A stretch of 64,000 nucleotides of DNA from an uncultured Mesorhizobium sp. (lineage in GTDB: Bacteria; Pseudomonadota; Alphaproteobacteria; Rhizobiales; Rhizobiaceae), in NCBI GenBank assembly GCA_964629765.1, contig CAZVTK010000002.1, positions 32,898-96,897 of the forward strand, read 5' to 3'. Numbering within the stretch: the first letter of the stretch is position 1; every line of letters starts with the position of its first letter. The translations under genes were made by a program, and so were the position numbers. This document shows, one piece after another, positions 1 through 11,368 of this stretch. The notes beneath the pieces are model-generated. The model did no database searches. It had not been told where the DNA came from and saw only the letters and a list, made by a program, of their open reading frames with translations.

Positions 1-166
1 CGGCAGATCGTCCCCGGAACCCGTTTCAGCCAAAACTGACGAAGAGTGTTTTTCCATGCTCGCTTATTTCCGATAGGTAACAGTTTGATTCGAAAGGAAT
101 TTTCAAGGTCTATCCTGGCGCGTGCGCCGCCGTGCAGACAGCCGCATGCGATGTCAAAATTTCACA

Positions 167-204
167 TTGACATTCCTTTTTCGAGATAGTTAAGTACTTA
201 ACTA
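167..204 (+). promoter_or_regulatory. Putative sigma70 -35 (TTGACA 167-172) plus perfect 18-bp palindromic operator TAGTTAAGTACTTAACTA (187-204)
   Basis: Read directly. The AT-rich palindrome overlaps the expected -10 region just upstream of the first CDS. Confidence 0.7.
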
Positions 205-212
205 ATGTCGGA

Positions 213-2108
213 ATGCAAGGTTTCAATCATCCCATGACGCAACTGGAGCCGCACCTGAAATCCGTGAGCGATCGCCAGGGAGAGGCGGAGCTGGCGCCAC
301 CCTCCCGCGACGAAGTCGGTGCTTCCCGGCCGTCCCTGAGTTCAACTGAAGTCGCCCTGCTGCACAATCGTTTCGAAGGAATCATCCGAGCGATGATGAA
401 TACGTTACGACGTACGGCCCGCTCGTCAATCCTGAGCACCGCGCGGGATTTTTCCTGCGCCATTCTTACGGCCGACAGCCAGCTTCTTTCGGTGGCCGAA
501 TCGATCCCGATCCACGTCTTTCGCGGCGCCGACCTTCAGGCTGAATCGATGTGCCGGCTGCATCCCGACCTTCGCAAGGGAGATGCCTTCCTTCACAATT
601 CCCCGTACCACGGAAACTCCCATGCGGCCGACTGGTCGATCCTGGTGCCGGTTTTCGACAGCGACGGGGTGCATCGCTTTACGGTGCTCGCGAAGGGGCA
701 TCTCGCCGATGTCGGCAATTCGGTCCCGGCGACCCGGTTCCAGCGCGCGCGGGACGTCTACGAGGAAGGTCCCCTCCTGTTTCCCTGCGTCAAGGTTCAG
801 CAGGACTACCGGCACAATGACGACATCATCCGCATGTGCAAGCTGCGCATCCGGGTGCCGGAACTGTGGTATGGCGACTATCTCGCGATCCTCGGCGCGG
901 CGCGCATCGGCGAGCGCCTGCTGGCCGAGCTCATCGAGGACCGCGGTCCGGCGACGCTGCAATCCTATGTCGAGGAGTGGTTCGACTACAGCGAACGGCG
1001 GATGGTCAACGCGATCGCGAAAATGCCGGCGGGCTCGACCGTCGTCCGGGGCAAGTACGACCCCGTCGCGGGTTTTCCCGACGGCATTCCGCTGAATGTC
1101 GGCGTGAAGGTGGATCCTGCGGCCGGCCGCATCGAGGTCGATCTGCGCGACAACATCGACTGCCAGCCTTTCGGCCTGAACCTGAGCGAGGCGACGGCCG
1201 CGACGGCAGGGCTGATCGGCATCTTCAGCGGCCTTGGCGACGACGTCCCCACCAATGCCGGCAGCTTCCGCCGCGCCGAGGTGAAGCTGCGGGAAAACTG
1301 CATCGTCGGAATTCCGCGCCATCCCACGAGCTGCAACATGGCGACCACCCATATCGCCGAGCGCGTCGCGAAATTCGTGGCGATGGGACTGGCCGAGATC
1401 GCCGACGGCTTCGGCATGGCCGAGGTCGGCTGCACCTTGCCCGCCGCCTGGGCCAAGATCTCGGGCCGCGATCCCCGCCATGGCGACCGTCGCTTCTCGG
1501 ACGGGATCGTGCTGGGCACGACGCACGGCGCGGGCGCGCCGAAGGCCGATGGCTGGCTGACGCTGGCGGGGATCGGCGCCGCCGGCACGATGCTGCGCGA
1601 CAGCATCGAGCTCGACGAGCTGAAATACCCGATCCTCGTCCATCTGGAGCGCCTCATTCCCGACAGCGAAGGCCCCGGGCGCTTTCGCGGGGCGCCGGGG
1701 GTCCATACGGAGTTCGGCCCGGTCGACGGAACCACGATCGAGGTCATCGCGGGCAGCGACGGCACCGTCTTTCCGGCGCGCGGCGTGCGGGGAGGGGGCG
1801 CGGGAGCGGCGGCCCGCCAGTACAAGCGCGACTTGGACGGCGCGCTGTCGGAGGATCTGGGCGGAGAGTTCCGCATAATCGTGAACCCCGGCGAACGGAT
1901 CGTGTCGATGTGCTGCGGCGGCGGCGGGTACGGGCCTCCGTGCGAGCGCGATCAGGATCGCGTGGTGCACGATGTTCGCGAGGGATGGGTCACGCGCGAA
2001 CGCGCCCGCGACGTCTACCGCGTCGCGATCGCCGAGGATGGCGCGCTCGATCCGGTCGGGACGGCGCGCCTGCGTGATGCTGCGCCGGTTCTCGATACGG
2101 CGCCTTGA
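213..2108 (+). CDS. Hydantoinase B/oxoprolinase family protein
   Basis: Motifs RTARSS..ARDFSCAI, NSPYHGNSHAAD, GHLADVG, E-x-x-YP, DSEGPGRFRG, GGGGYGPP. The start could instead be ATG 234. Confidence 0.9.
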   Translation: MQGFNHPMTQLEPHLKSVSDRQGEAELAPPSRDEVGASRPSLSSTEVALLHNRFEGIIRAMMNTLRRTARSSILSTARDFSCAILTADSQLLSVAESIPIHVFRGADLQAESMCRLHPDLRKGDAFLHNSPYHGNSHAADWSILVPVFDSDGVHRFTVLAKGHLADVGNSVPATRFQRARDVYEEGPLLFPCVKVQQDYRHNDDIIRMCKLRIRVPELWYGDYLAILGAARIGERLLAELIEDRGPATLQSYVEEWFDYSERRMVNAIAKMPAGSTVVRGKYDPVAGFPDGIPLNVGVKVDPAAGRIEVDLRDNIDCQPFGLNLSEATAATAGLIGIFSGLGDDVPTNAGSFRRAEVKLRENCIVGIPRHPTSCNMATTHIAERVAKFVAMGLAEIADGFGMAEVGCTLPAAWAKISGRDPRHGDRRFSDGIVLGTTHGAGAPKADGWLTLAGIGAAGTMLRDSIELDELKYPILVHLERLIPDSEGPGRFRGAPGVHTEFGPVDGTTIEVIAGSDGTVFPARGVRGGGAGAAARQYKRDLDGALSEDLGGEFRIIVNPGERIVSMCCGGGGYGPPCERDQDRVVHDVREGWVTRERARDVYRVAIAEDGALDPVGTARLRDAAPVLDTAP

Positions 2109-2202
2109 CGGGGACGGCGGCGCCCGTCGGGCCCGCGTCTTGAAGCCCTGACCGGCAGGACGGCGCGATTCGCCGAAGGCCGGGATTCTATGGAGGACGT
2201 TT

Positions 2203-4293
2203 GTGAGTGCATTGCGGTTGCGCCTCGGCGTGGACATCGGCGGTACGTTCACCGATCTGGTCATCGACGGAATTCCGGGCGAAGGCCTGCGCCTGTTCAA
2301 GAGCTCGACGACGCCGAGCGATCCGGCATTGGGCCTGCTGGCGGTGATCGACGTCGCGGCGCGGCGGCTGGGCTACGAGCGCTCCGAATTCCTGGGCATG
2401 GCCGATCAGTTCGTCCACGGAACGACGCGCGCCACCAACGCCATCGTCACCGGCTCGACGGCCCGGACCGCCTTTCTGTGCACGGAGGGTCATCGCGACA
2501 CGCTCCTGTGGCGCGAAGGCGGCGGCCGGCGCTCGCCGATGGATTATACCCAGCCGTTTCCCGAGCCCTATGTTCCGCGCGCCCTCACCTTCGAGGTTCG
2601 CGAACGCATGGTGTCGGATGGCCGCGTGCTGACGCAACTGGACGAGGAAAAGCTTCGACAAACCCTCGTCGAGATCGGGAAGGCTTCGGTCGAGGCGATT
2701 GCCGTGTGCCTGTTGTGGTCGATCGCCAACCCGGCTCACGAGCTGCGGGTGGGGGAACTGATCAGGGAAATCCTTCCCGGCATTCCCTTCACGCTTTCCC
2801 ACCAGCTCAACCCGACGATCAGAGAGTATCGCCGCGCGTCGTCGACGGCCATCGACGCGTCGCTGAAGCCCCTGATGTCGCACTATTTCTCGCACATCGA
2901 GGCAAGCCTGCGCCGGGAAGGCTTCAAGGGCCGCCTGCTGGTGCTGACCTCCGCCGGCGGCGTCCTCGACGCGACCGACGTGGCCCAGAAGCCCATCCAC
3001 TCGGTGGGCTCCGGGCCGGCCGCGGCGCCGGTGGCGGGGCGTCATTTCGCCGCTCTCGACATGGGGGCCGACACTGCGGTGGTGACCGATGCGGGAGGCA
3101 CGACCTACGATGTCAGCCTCGTCCGTTCCGGCGAGATCCCGTGGACACGCGAGACGATGGTGGGGGATTTCCCCGGCAACATGCTCGGCTTCCCGTCGGT
3201 GGACGTGCGCTCGATCGGCGCGGGAGGCGGCTCGATCGCCTGGGTCGATTCCGGGGGCCTGCTGCGCGTCGGGCCGCAAAGCGCCGGCGCCGACCCGGGA
3301 CCGGCGGCCTATGGCCGCAACGGCGCCCTGCCCACCGTCACCGACGCGGCCGTGGTGCTCGGCTATATCGACCCGGACTATTTCCTCGGCGGCGACATGC
3401 CGCTGCGGGCGGACCTGGCAGCGGCGGCGATCGAGAAGGAGATAGCGGGGCCGCTGGGAATCAGCCTCAACGAGGCGGCGAGCGCGATCTTCGAGCTGGC
3501 CTGCGAACGCATGGTCAGCGCCATCGAGGAGATCACGCTCAACCAGGGCATCGACCCGTGCAGCGCGGCGATGATCGGCGGCGGCGGCGGGGCGGGGCTC
3601 TATTCCGCCTTCATCGCGCGGCGGCTGGGCGTGAGGCAGATCCTGATCCCCGAGACGTCCGCCGCGCTCAGCGCGGCCGGCGCTCTCATCTCCGACCTTC
3701 GCAGCGACGAGGCGTCCTTCCTGGTCACCTCCAGCGCGGATTTCAACTTCGCGGCGGTCAATGCGGTGCTCGAGGATCTGGAGCGTCGCTGCGAAGCGTT
3801 CATCGTCTCGGCCGGCGGGGCACGCGAAGCCGCCTCGATCCGCTTCGTCGTCGAGGCGCGCTATCCGCACCAGAACTGGGAGTTCGAGGTTCCGCTGACG
3901 GTGACGCGCTTCACGAGCGACGAGGACGTCGAAGCGGCCCGGCAGGACTTCCATGCCGTTCACGAGCGGCTGTTCGCGCATCGTGACGAACATTCGCCGG
4001 TCGAATTCGTCACGTGGCGGGCAAGCGTGCGGTGCCTGCTGCCCCATCCGCAGCCCCGGTCCGCGGGTGCCCGGAAGGAAGCGGGCGCAGCCGCCTCGAC
4101 GCGAATGGCCGTGTTCGGAAAGGAACCGATGGCCACCAGCGTATGGCGGCTCGACGACATGCTGCCGGGCCAGTCGCAGCATGGCCCCGCCATCATCGAG
4201 ACTCCGGCGACGACCATCATCGTGCCGCCGGAGGCGGTGGCGGTGCGCCTGAAGTCGGGATCCCTCGCCCTGGATCCCTCGGTTTCAAAGTGA
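2203..4293 (+). CDS. Hydantoinase A/oxoprolinase family protein (ATP-binding subunit)
   Basis: GVDIGGTFTD, HGTTRATNA, SGPAA, DAGGTTYDV, SIGAGGGSIA, GPQSAGADPGP, PTVTDA. Shine-Dalgarno (SD) GGAGG upstream. Confidence 0.93.
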   Translation: MSALRLRLGVDIGGTFTDLVIDGIPGEGLRLFKSSTTPSDPALGLLAVIDVAARRLGYERSEFLGMADQFVHGTTRATNAIVTGSTARTAFLCTEGHRDTLLWREGGGRRSPMDYTQPFPEPYVPRALTFEVRERMVSDGRVLTQLDEEKLRQTLVEIGKASVEAIAVCLLWSIANPAHELRVGELIREILPGIPFTLSHQLNPTIREYRRASSTAIDASLKPLMSHYFSHIEASLRREGFKGRLLVLTSAGGVLDATDVAQKPIHSVGSGPAAAPVAGRHFAALDMGADTAVVTDAGGTTYDVSLVRSGEIPWTRETMVGDFPGNMLGFPSVDVRSIGAGGGSIAWVDSGGLLRVGPQSAGADPGPAAYGRNGALPTVTDAAVVLGYIDPDYFLGGDMPLRADLAAAAIEKEIAGPLGISLNEAASAIFELACERMVSAIEEITLNQGIDPCSAAMIGGGGGAGLYSAFIARRLGVRQILIPETSAALSAAGALISDLRSDEASFLVTSSADFNFAAVNAVLEDLERRCEAFIVSAGGAREAASIRFVVEARYPHQNWEFEVPLTVTRFTSDEDVEAARQDFHAVHERLFAHRDEHSPVEFVTWRASVRCLLPHPQPRSAGARKEAGAAASTRMAVFGKEPMATSVWRLDDMLPGQSQHGPAIIETPATTIIVPPEAVAVRLKSGSLALDPSVSK

Positions 4294-4329
4294 ATCAGCC
4301 AGTAAATCAACCGCATGGGGAGATGCATG

Positions 4330-5871
4330 ATGAGTGATAATGGCAGACGTTCAAATGGGATTACACGGCGTCGGGTACTGCAAGCGGGGGCGGTTGGCCT
4401 GTTGGCGTCAACCGCAATTCGCCCCGTCTGGGCAGCCGGCGAAAGCAAGGAATTGCGGATCGCCTATGGCTCCATAGGCACCGACTGGAATCCGCATAAC
4501 GCGTCGAACACCGATTCCGAGGTGATCAACGCCACATTCTCGCAAAACCTGGTCACCACCAATGACAAGGGCGAGATCATACCCGTCGTCGCGGAGTCGG
4601 TCACGCAGGTTTCAGACACCCAGGTTCACGTCAAGCTGCGTAACGGCGTCACCTTCAGTGACGGAAAGCCCGTTACAGTGGAAGACGTGAAATATACGCT
4701 GGAAGATTATCTGCGGCCGACGGGGATGTTCACCAACCCGGTCTATTTCTGGTTGAAGGACGTCGCCATCGTCGATTCCACCACGGTCGCGGTCAATGCG
4801 AAACTCCCGATCCGGACCGCGATTCCCCTGATGGCGTTCCAGTCCCGCGTCATCCCGAACGGCGCGGAAGGGCCGGCATTCAGCAGCAGCCCCATTGGAA
4901 CCGGGGCCTACGTCTTCGACAGCTATCAGCCGAACGACCGGGTCGTCGTCCGCAGGAACGACAACTACTGGGGAGAGCCGAAGGCGACCTTCGACCAGAT
5001 CACGTTCCGCCAGATTTCCGACCCGTCGACCCGGGTGGCGGCGCTTCTGGCGGGCGAGGTGGATTTCGCCCAGAATATTCCGGTCCACGAGATTTCCCGG
5101 CTTCAGGAGGCCGGATTTACGGTGTCGTCCCGGGCCGGCCGGCGCACCATGCTGCTTTGGACCAACCGCGCCAAGGAAGGCCCCTGGCGCGATCCCAGGG
5201 CGGCGCAGGCCCTGGCCTATTCCATCGACACGACCGCGCTCAACGATGCGCTGTATGCCGGGATGGGATCGCCGAGCAGGGCACCGATAGCGGATTCCGT
5301 TCCCTTTGCCGCAACCGATCTTCCTCAATACCCGCACGACCCGGCCAAGGCGCGGGAACTGCTCGAAGCGGCGGGCGTCGGGTCCGGGAAGGTGAAGCTG
5401 CTGGCGCCGCAGGGCCGGTTCCTCAACGACAAGGCTCTCGCCGAGGCGACTGCGGGCCAGTTGGAAGAAGCGGGCCTGTCCGTCGAGCTTCAGCTCTACG
5501 ACTTCGCAACCTTCCGCAACATCGGCTCGGATCCGTCGAAGCACGACGCCGATCTCATCATGGTCGGCTGGAACGCGTTCTATGCCGACGCCGACGCCGG
5601 CTTGCAGATCTTCCGCCACAAGCATCCGTTCAACTACGGCGGCTACCGGAACGACGAGATCGAGGAGCTGCTCGGCAAAGGCACCCTGCCGGCGTCGACA
5701 AGCGAGACGACGGAACGGTACAAGCGCATTCAGGAACTGCTGTGGACCGAGGATCCGCCCGGCGCCTTCCTGCTTTCGCTTCCCATCGTGCACGCCTTCC
5801 GCAAGGAATTGCAGGGCGTGGAAGTATACCCCGACGAGCGGATCGACTGGACCAAGGTCTCGCTCTCCTAG
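4330..5871 (+). CDS. ABC transporter substrate-binding protein, family 5 (DppA/OppA-like), Tat signal
   Basis: TRRRVL Tat-like signal; LRNGVTFSDGKP..EDVKY and PIGTGAY motifs. Start at 4327 or 4330. Confidence 0.9.
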   Translation: MSDNGRRSNGITRRRVLQAGAVGLLASTAIRPVWAAGESKELRIAYGSIGTDWNPHNASNTDSEVINATFSQNLVTTNDKGEIIPVVAESVTQVSDTQVHVKLRNGVTFSDGKPVTVEDVKYTLEDYLRPTGMFTNPVYFWLKDVAIVDSTTVAVNAKLPIRTAIPLMAFQSRVIPNGAEGPAFSSSPIGTGAYVFDSYQPNDRVVVRRNDNYWGEPKATFDQITFRQISDPSTRVAALLAGEVDFAQNIPVHEISRLQEAGFTVSSRAGRRTMLLWTNRAKEGPWRDPRAAQALAYSIDTTALNDALYAGMGSPSRAPIADSVPFAATDLPQYPHDPAKARELLEAAGVGSGKVKLLAPQGRFLNDKALAEATAGQLEEAGLSVELQLYDFATFRNIGSDPSKHDADLIMVGWNAFYADADAGLQIFRHKHPFNYGGYRNDEIEELLGKGTLPASTSETTERYKRIQELLWTEDPPGAFLLSLPIVHAFRKELQGVEVYPDERIDWTKVSLS

Positions 5872-5909
5872 GGCATTTCCGGCGTCGTAGAAATGCGACG
5901 GGACTGACG

Positions 5910-5945
5910 GCCGGATCGTTTCATCGCGCGATGAAACGATCCGGC
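5910..5945. repeat. Perfect 36-bp palindrome GCCGGATCGTTTCATCGCGCGATGAAACGATCCGGC between SBP and permease genes
   Basis: Self-reverse-complementary over 5910-5945. The position is typical of an mRNA-stabilising hairpin. Confidence 0.85.
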
Positions 5946-5967
5946 TCCGTAACCAAGAATATACGCG

Positions 5968-6900
5968 ATGATCTTGCAGACACTGAAAAGATCGCTCCGC
6001 GCCATCCTGGTGATGCTTGGCGCCTGTCTGCTGGTATTCGTCGTGCTTCGGCTTGCGCCGGGAGATCCGGCGCAAATCCTGCTTGGCGACACCGCCGCCC
6101 CCGAAGCCATCGCCATGCTGCGGGAACAGCTCGGCCTGAACCAGCCGATCTGGGTCCAGGCGATCTATTTCTTCGGCAACCTGTTGCAGGGCGACGCGGG
6201 AGACTCGGTCGTCTACGGCCGGCCGGCCATGCAGCTCGCCCTGGAAGCCTTTCCCGCCACCTTGTTCCTCGTGGTCGCGTCATTCGTGATCGCGACGATC
6301 GTGGCCATTCCCATCGGCACCGCGTCCGCTGTCTGGCGCGGGTCGCTGGTCGACAAGGCGGGGCTCGGCGTCATCCTTCTGTTTCAGTCCCTCCCCGGCT
6401 TCTGGGTCGGGATTCTGCTGATCTTCTTCTTCGCCGTGAACCTTCGCCTCCTGCCGACGTCGGGCGGCGGCAGCATCGCGCATGTGGTGCTGCCGGCGCT
6501 GACGCTCGCGACCGTCCAGATCCCGATGCTCGCCCGCGCCGTCCGGGCGAGCATGCTCGAGGTCTTGGACGAAGACTACATACGGACCGCCCGGGCCAAG
6601 GGCGCCTCCGAATGGCGTGTCGTGATGCTGCACGGTTTCCGCAACGCTCTCATTCCCGTCATCACGCTGATGGCGGTGAATTTCGGGACATTGCTTTCGG
6701 GGACCGTGGTGACCGAGGCGATCTTCGCCTGGCCCGGCATAGGCACGCTGGCGATGACCGGCATCCTTCAGCGGGACTATACGCTCGTTCAGGCGATCGT
6801 GATCTTCTCGGCCGCCATCGTGGCGCTGGCGAATTTCACCGCCGACTCGCTGTACCAGATACTCGACCCGCGGCTGCGCGGGCAGGGAGCCGGCGAATGA
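5968..6900 (+). CDS. ABC transporter permease (DppB-like)
   Basis: LAPGDPA, GLNQP and the EAA loop DYIRTARAKG; hydrophobic. Confidence 0.93.
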   Translation: MILQTLKRSLRAILVMLGACLLVFVVLRLAPGDPAQILLGDTAAPEAIAMLREQLGLNQPIWVQAIYFFGNLLQGDAGDSVVYGRPAMQLALEAFPATLFLVVASFVIATIVAIPIGTASAVWRGSLVDKAGLGVILLFQSLPGFWVGILLIFFFAVNLRLLPTSGGGSIAHVVLPALTLATVQIPMLARAVRASMLEVLDEDYIRTARAKGASEWRVVMLHGFRNALIPVITLMAVNFGTLLSGTVVTEAIFAWPGIGTLAMTGILQRDYTLVQAIVIFSAAIVALANFTADSLYQILDPRLRGQGAGE

Positions 6901-7778
6901 GCGACGCGTCCCCGGCATACGACGCACCCGAGGGCGACGCCTTGCAGCGCCGCCGCTCGATCTTGCGCGTAGTGCTCGATCATCCGGTGGCGCTGTTCGG
7001 CTTCGGCGTCCTTCTGGCGCTCGTCCTGATGGCGATCTTCGCCCCGTACCTGGCGCCGTTCAGCCCGACGCAGCAGAGGCTCACCTCCCGGCTGCTGCCG
7101 CCGCTGTCGGGAAGCCATTGGCTCGGAACCGATCAGTTCGGCCGCGACGTCCTTTCGCGCTGGCTCTACGGCGTGCGCGTTCCGCTGGTGGTGGGCGTGG
7201 TGTCGGCCCTGCTCGGCGGGGTGCTCGGAACGATCGTCGGTCTCACGGCGGGATACTTCCGGGGAAAGATCGACACCGTCATCTCGATCGTCATCGATAT
7301 CCAGCTATCCGTGCCGTTCGTCCTGCTGGCTCTCGCCGTCGTCGCGCTTTTCGGTCCGGGAACGGTAAAGATCATCATCGTCTTCGCGCTCACCAACTGG
7401 GCGATGGTTGCCCGGGTCGCGCGCGCGTCGGCCTTGAAATACCGTCGGGCCCCGTTCGTGGAGGCGGCGATCCTCGCCGGGGCGACGGACCGATGGATCC
7501 TGCTGCGGCACGTTTTCATCAACGCGATACCGCCGGTCATGGTGGTAGTGTCGGTGCTGGCCGCGCAGAACGCCATCTACGAATCGGCCTTCGCATTCTT
7601 CGGCCTCGGCGTGCCCCCTCCCACCCCGAGCTGGGGCAACATGCTGGCGGACGGCAAGGACTACTTCTACAGCGCCTGGTGGCTCGGCCTCTTTCCGGGC
7701 ATCGGCATCCTGCTCGTCGCCGTGGGCATGAACCTGATCGGAGACTTTCTCCGCGACGCGATCGACCCCAGGCTGTGA
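6897..7778 (+). CDS. ABC transporter permease (DppC-like)
   Basis: HWLGTDQFGRDV, FVEAAILAG, PPTPSWGNML. ATGA overlap with the upstream gene; C-terminal part of track ORF 5157..7778. Confidence 0.92.
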   Translation: MSDASPAYDAPEGDALQRRRSILRVVLDHPVALFGFGVLLALVLMAIFAPYLAPFSPTQQRLTSRLLPPLSGSHWLGTDQFGRDVLSRWLYGVRVPLVVGVVSALLGGVLGTIVGLTAGYFRGKIDTVISIVIDIQLSVPFVLLALAVVALFGPGTVKIIIVFALTNWAMVARVARASALKYRRAPFVEAAILAGATDRWILLRHVFINAIPPVMVVVSVLAAQNAIYESAFAFFGLGVPPPTPSWGNMLADGKDYFYSAWWLGLFPGIGILLVAVGMNLIGDFLRDAIDPRL

Positions 7779-7798
7779 GCAGGTTGGAGAAAGCCGCC

Positions 7799-9691
<1,893 letters not shown>

Positions 9692-9739
9692 GAATGGCGT
9701 CCGGTATATCTACAAAACATCAAGGCGGAGAGATTGATC

Positions 9740-10114
9740 ATGTCCGAAAGCAAGAAATCGAAAATCCGTGTTCTTTTTTGTATCGCGGTATCGCAGAATT
9801 TCTTCGATCTCCCCGAATCGGAGATTCCATCCGTATTGAAAGTCTATTCGAAGGTTTTCTCCGATATAGCCAATCTTCCCGGCCTGAGCGTCGTCGGCAC
9901 GTTCGATGACGACAGGGTCATGGTCGGGGCTTCGTCGGGATGGCCCTGGACGTCCTACATCCTGGCCGATGTGGATGCGCTCGATACGGCGATCGCCGCA
10001 TGCAACCTGTTCCGCACCACGCCGGTGGCGGGAGGGAGGATGTGGAAATACGGCCGCATCGAAGCGCGCATCGGCCGCGAGCTCGATCTCGCCGCCGTGT
10101 CGCAGCCGGCATAG
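9740..10114 (+). CDS. iacB: IacB-like protein (homolog of the indole-3-acetate catabolism protein IacB)
   Basis: RVLFC..QNFFD, DDD..MVG....PWTSY.LADV, ACNLFRTTPV and W.Y..IEAR.GREL match IacB sequences as I recall them. SD GGAG. Confidence 0.75.
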   Translation: MSESKKSKIRVLFCIAVSQNFFDLPESEIPSVLKVYSKVFSDIANLPGLSVVGTFDDDRVMVGASSGWPWTSYILADVDALDTAIAACNLFRTTPVAGGRMWKYGRIEARIGRELDLAAVSQPA

Positions 10115-10177
10115 AAACCTCGCGGCGGCCCTGCCCGGAACAATGATCCCTATCCTTTCGAGCAACACGGTCGGCAG

Positions 10178-11368
10178 ATGACCGCTACCGGCTTTCGCGC
10201 TTCGCCCGCGCAGGGCTACGACGATGTCGTGATCGCCGCCCCGTTCACGCTTCCCTATCGGCGTTTCTCGACCCGGGGTGCGCACTGGTTCCTCGGCCGG
10301 GTTCTCCACGGCCTCCTCGAATGCAGCGGCCTTTCCAAGGACCGTATCGACGGCCTGTGCGTTTCGAGCTTCACGCTGGCGCCCGACACGGCGGTCGGCC
10401 TGACCCAGCATCTCGACCTGACGCTGCGCTGGCTCGATCACATCCCGATGGGCGGCGCGAGCGCCATCGTCGCGCTCAGGCGCGCGGCGCGCGCCGTGCA
10501 GTGCGGCGACGCCGCGATCGTCGCCTGCATCGCCGGCGACACCAACCAGGTGGATACCTTCCGCCAGAGCACGGCCCGCTTCAGCCAGTTCGCGCAGGAT
10601 GCCGTATACCCCTATGGCGCCGGCGGCCCGAATGTCAGCTTCGCCTTCCTTACCGCCTATTACATGCGCATCTACGGCGCGCGCCCGGAGGATTTCGGCA
10701 AGCTGTGCGTGGCCCAGCGCAACAATGCGCTGCATTTTCCTTTCGCGCTGTTCAGGAAGCCGCTCACCCTCGACGAGTATCTCGCCTCGCGCATGATCGC
10801 CGACCCGATCCGGCTCTATGACTGCGTGATGCCCTGCGCGGGTGGCGAAGGCTTCCTCGTGATGCGCCGCCAGGAGGCCGAGCGCATGGGGCTGCCCCAT
10901 GCGCATATTCTCGGCACCATCGAGCGGCACAACGCCTTTCCCGAAGACCCGATCCAGTTTCGCGGCGGATGGGCGCTCGACGCCGGAACGCTCTACGAGC
11001 AGGCCGCGATCGGCCCAGAGGATATCGACGTTCTCCAGACCTATGACGACTACCCCGTCGTCACCATGCTGCAATTCGAGGATCTCGGCTTCTGCAGCAA
11101 GGGCGGGGGGCCGGATTTCGTGCGCCGCCATTCCTTCGAGGCGGGAGGCAGCTTTCCGTTCAACACGTCCGGCGGGCAGCTTTCGGTCGGGCAGGCGGGA
11201 GGCGCCGCCGGCTTTCTCGGTCTGGTCGAAGGCTTGCGGCAGGTCACGGGCACCGGGCTCGGCGCGCGCGTCGCCGATGTCCGCCATGCCATGGTGAGCG
11301 GCTTCGGCATGATCAACTACGACCGCGGTTTGTGCAGCGGCGCGGCAATTCTCGGTGCGCAGCGATGA
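10178..11368 (+). CDS. Thiolase-family protein (SCP2/Ltp2-like, no N-terminal acylated Cys)
   Basis: AQRNNA..P.A, TYDDY, EDLGFC, FNTSGGQLS. PMGGASA lies where thiolases have C-x-S. Confidence 0.85.
   Translation: MTATGFRASPAQGYDDVVIAAPFTLPYRRFSTRGAHWFLGRVLHGLLECSGLSKDRIDGLCVSSFTLAPDTAVGLTQHLDLTLRWLDHIPMGGASAIVALRRAARAVQCGDAAIVACIAGDTNQVDTFRQSTARFSQFAQDAVYPYGAGGPNVSFAFLTAYYMRIYGARPEDFGKLCVAQRNNALHFPFALFRKPLTLDEYLASRMIADPIRLYDCVMPCAGGEGFLVMRRQEAERMGLPHAHILGTIERHNAFPEDPIQFRGGWALDAGTLYEQAAIGPEDIDVLQTYDDYPVVTMLQFEDLGFCSKGGGPDFVRRHSFEAGGSFPFNTSGGQLSVGQAGGAAGFLGLVEGLRQVTGTGLGARVADVRHAMVSGFGMINYDRGLCSGAAILGAQR

Noticed and set aside
5157-7778. Long N-terminal extensions in the ORF track (also 7118, 13300, 22407, 28587, 31500, 55591, 57993)
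   Set aside because: The extensions overlap upstream genes in other frames; the real starts are downstream, at SD-supported or ATGA-coupled codons.
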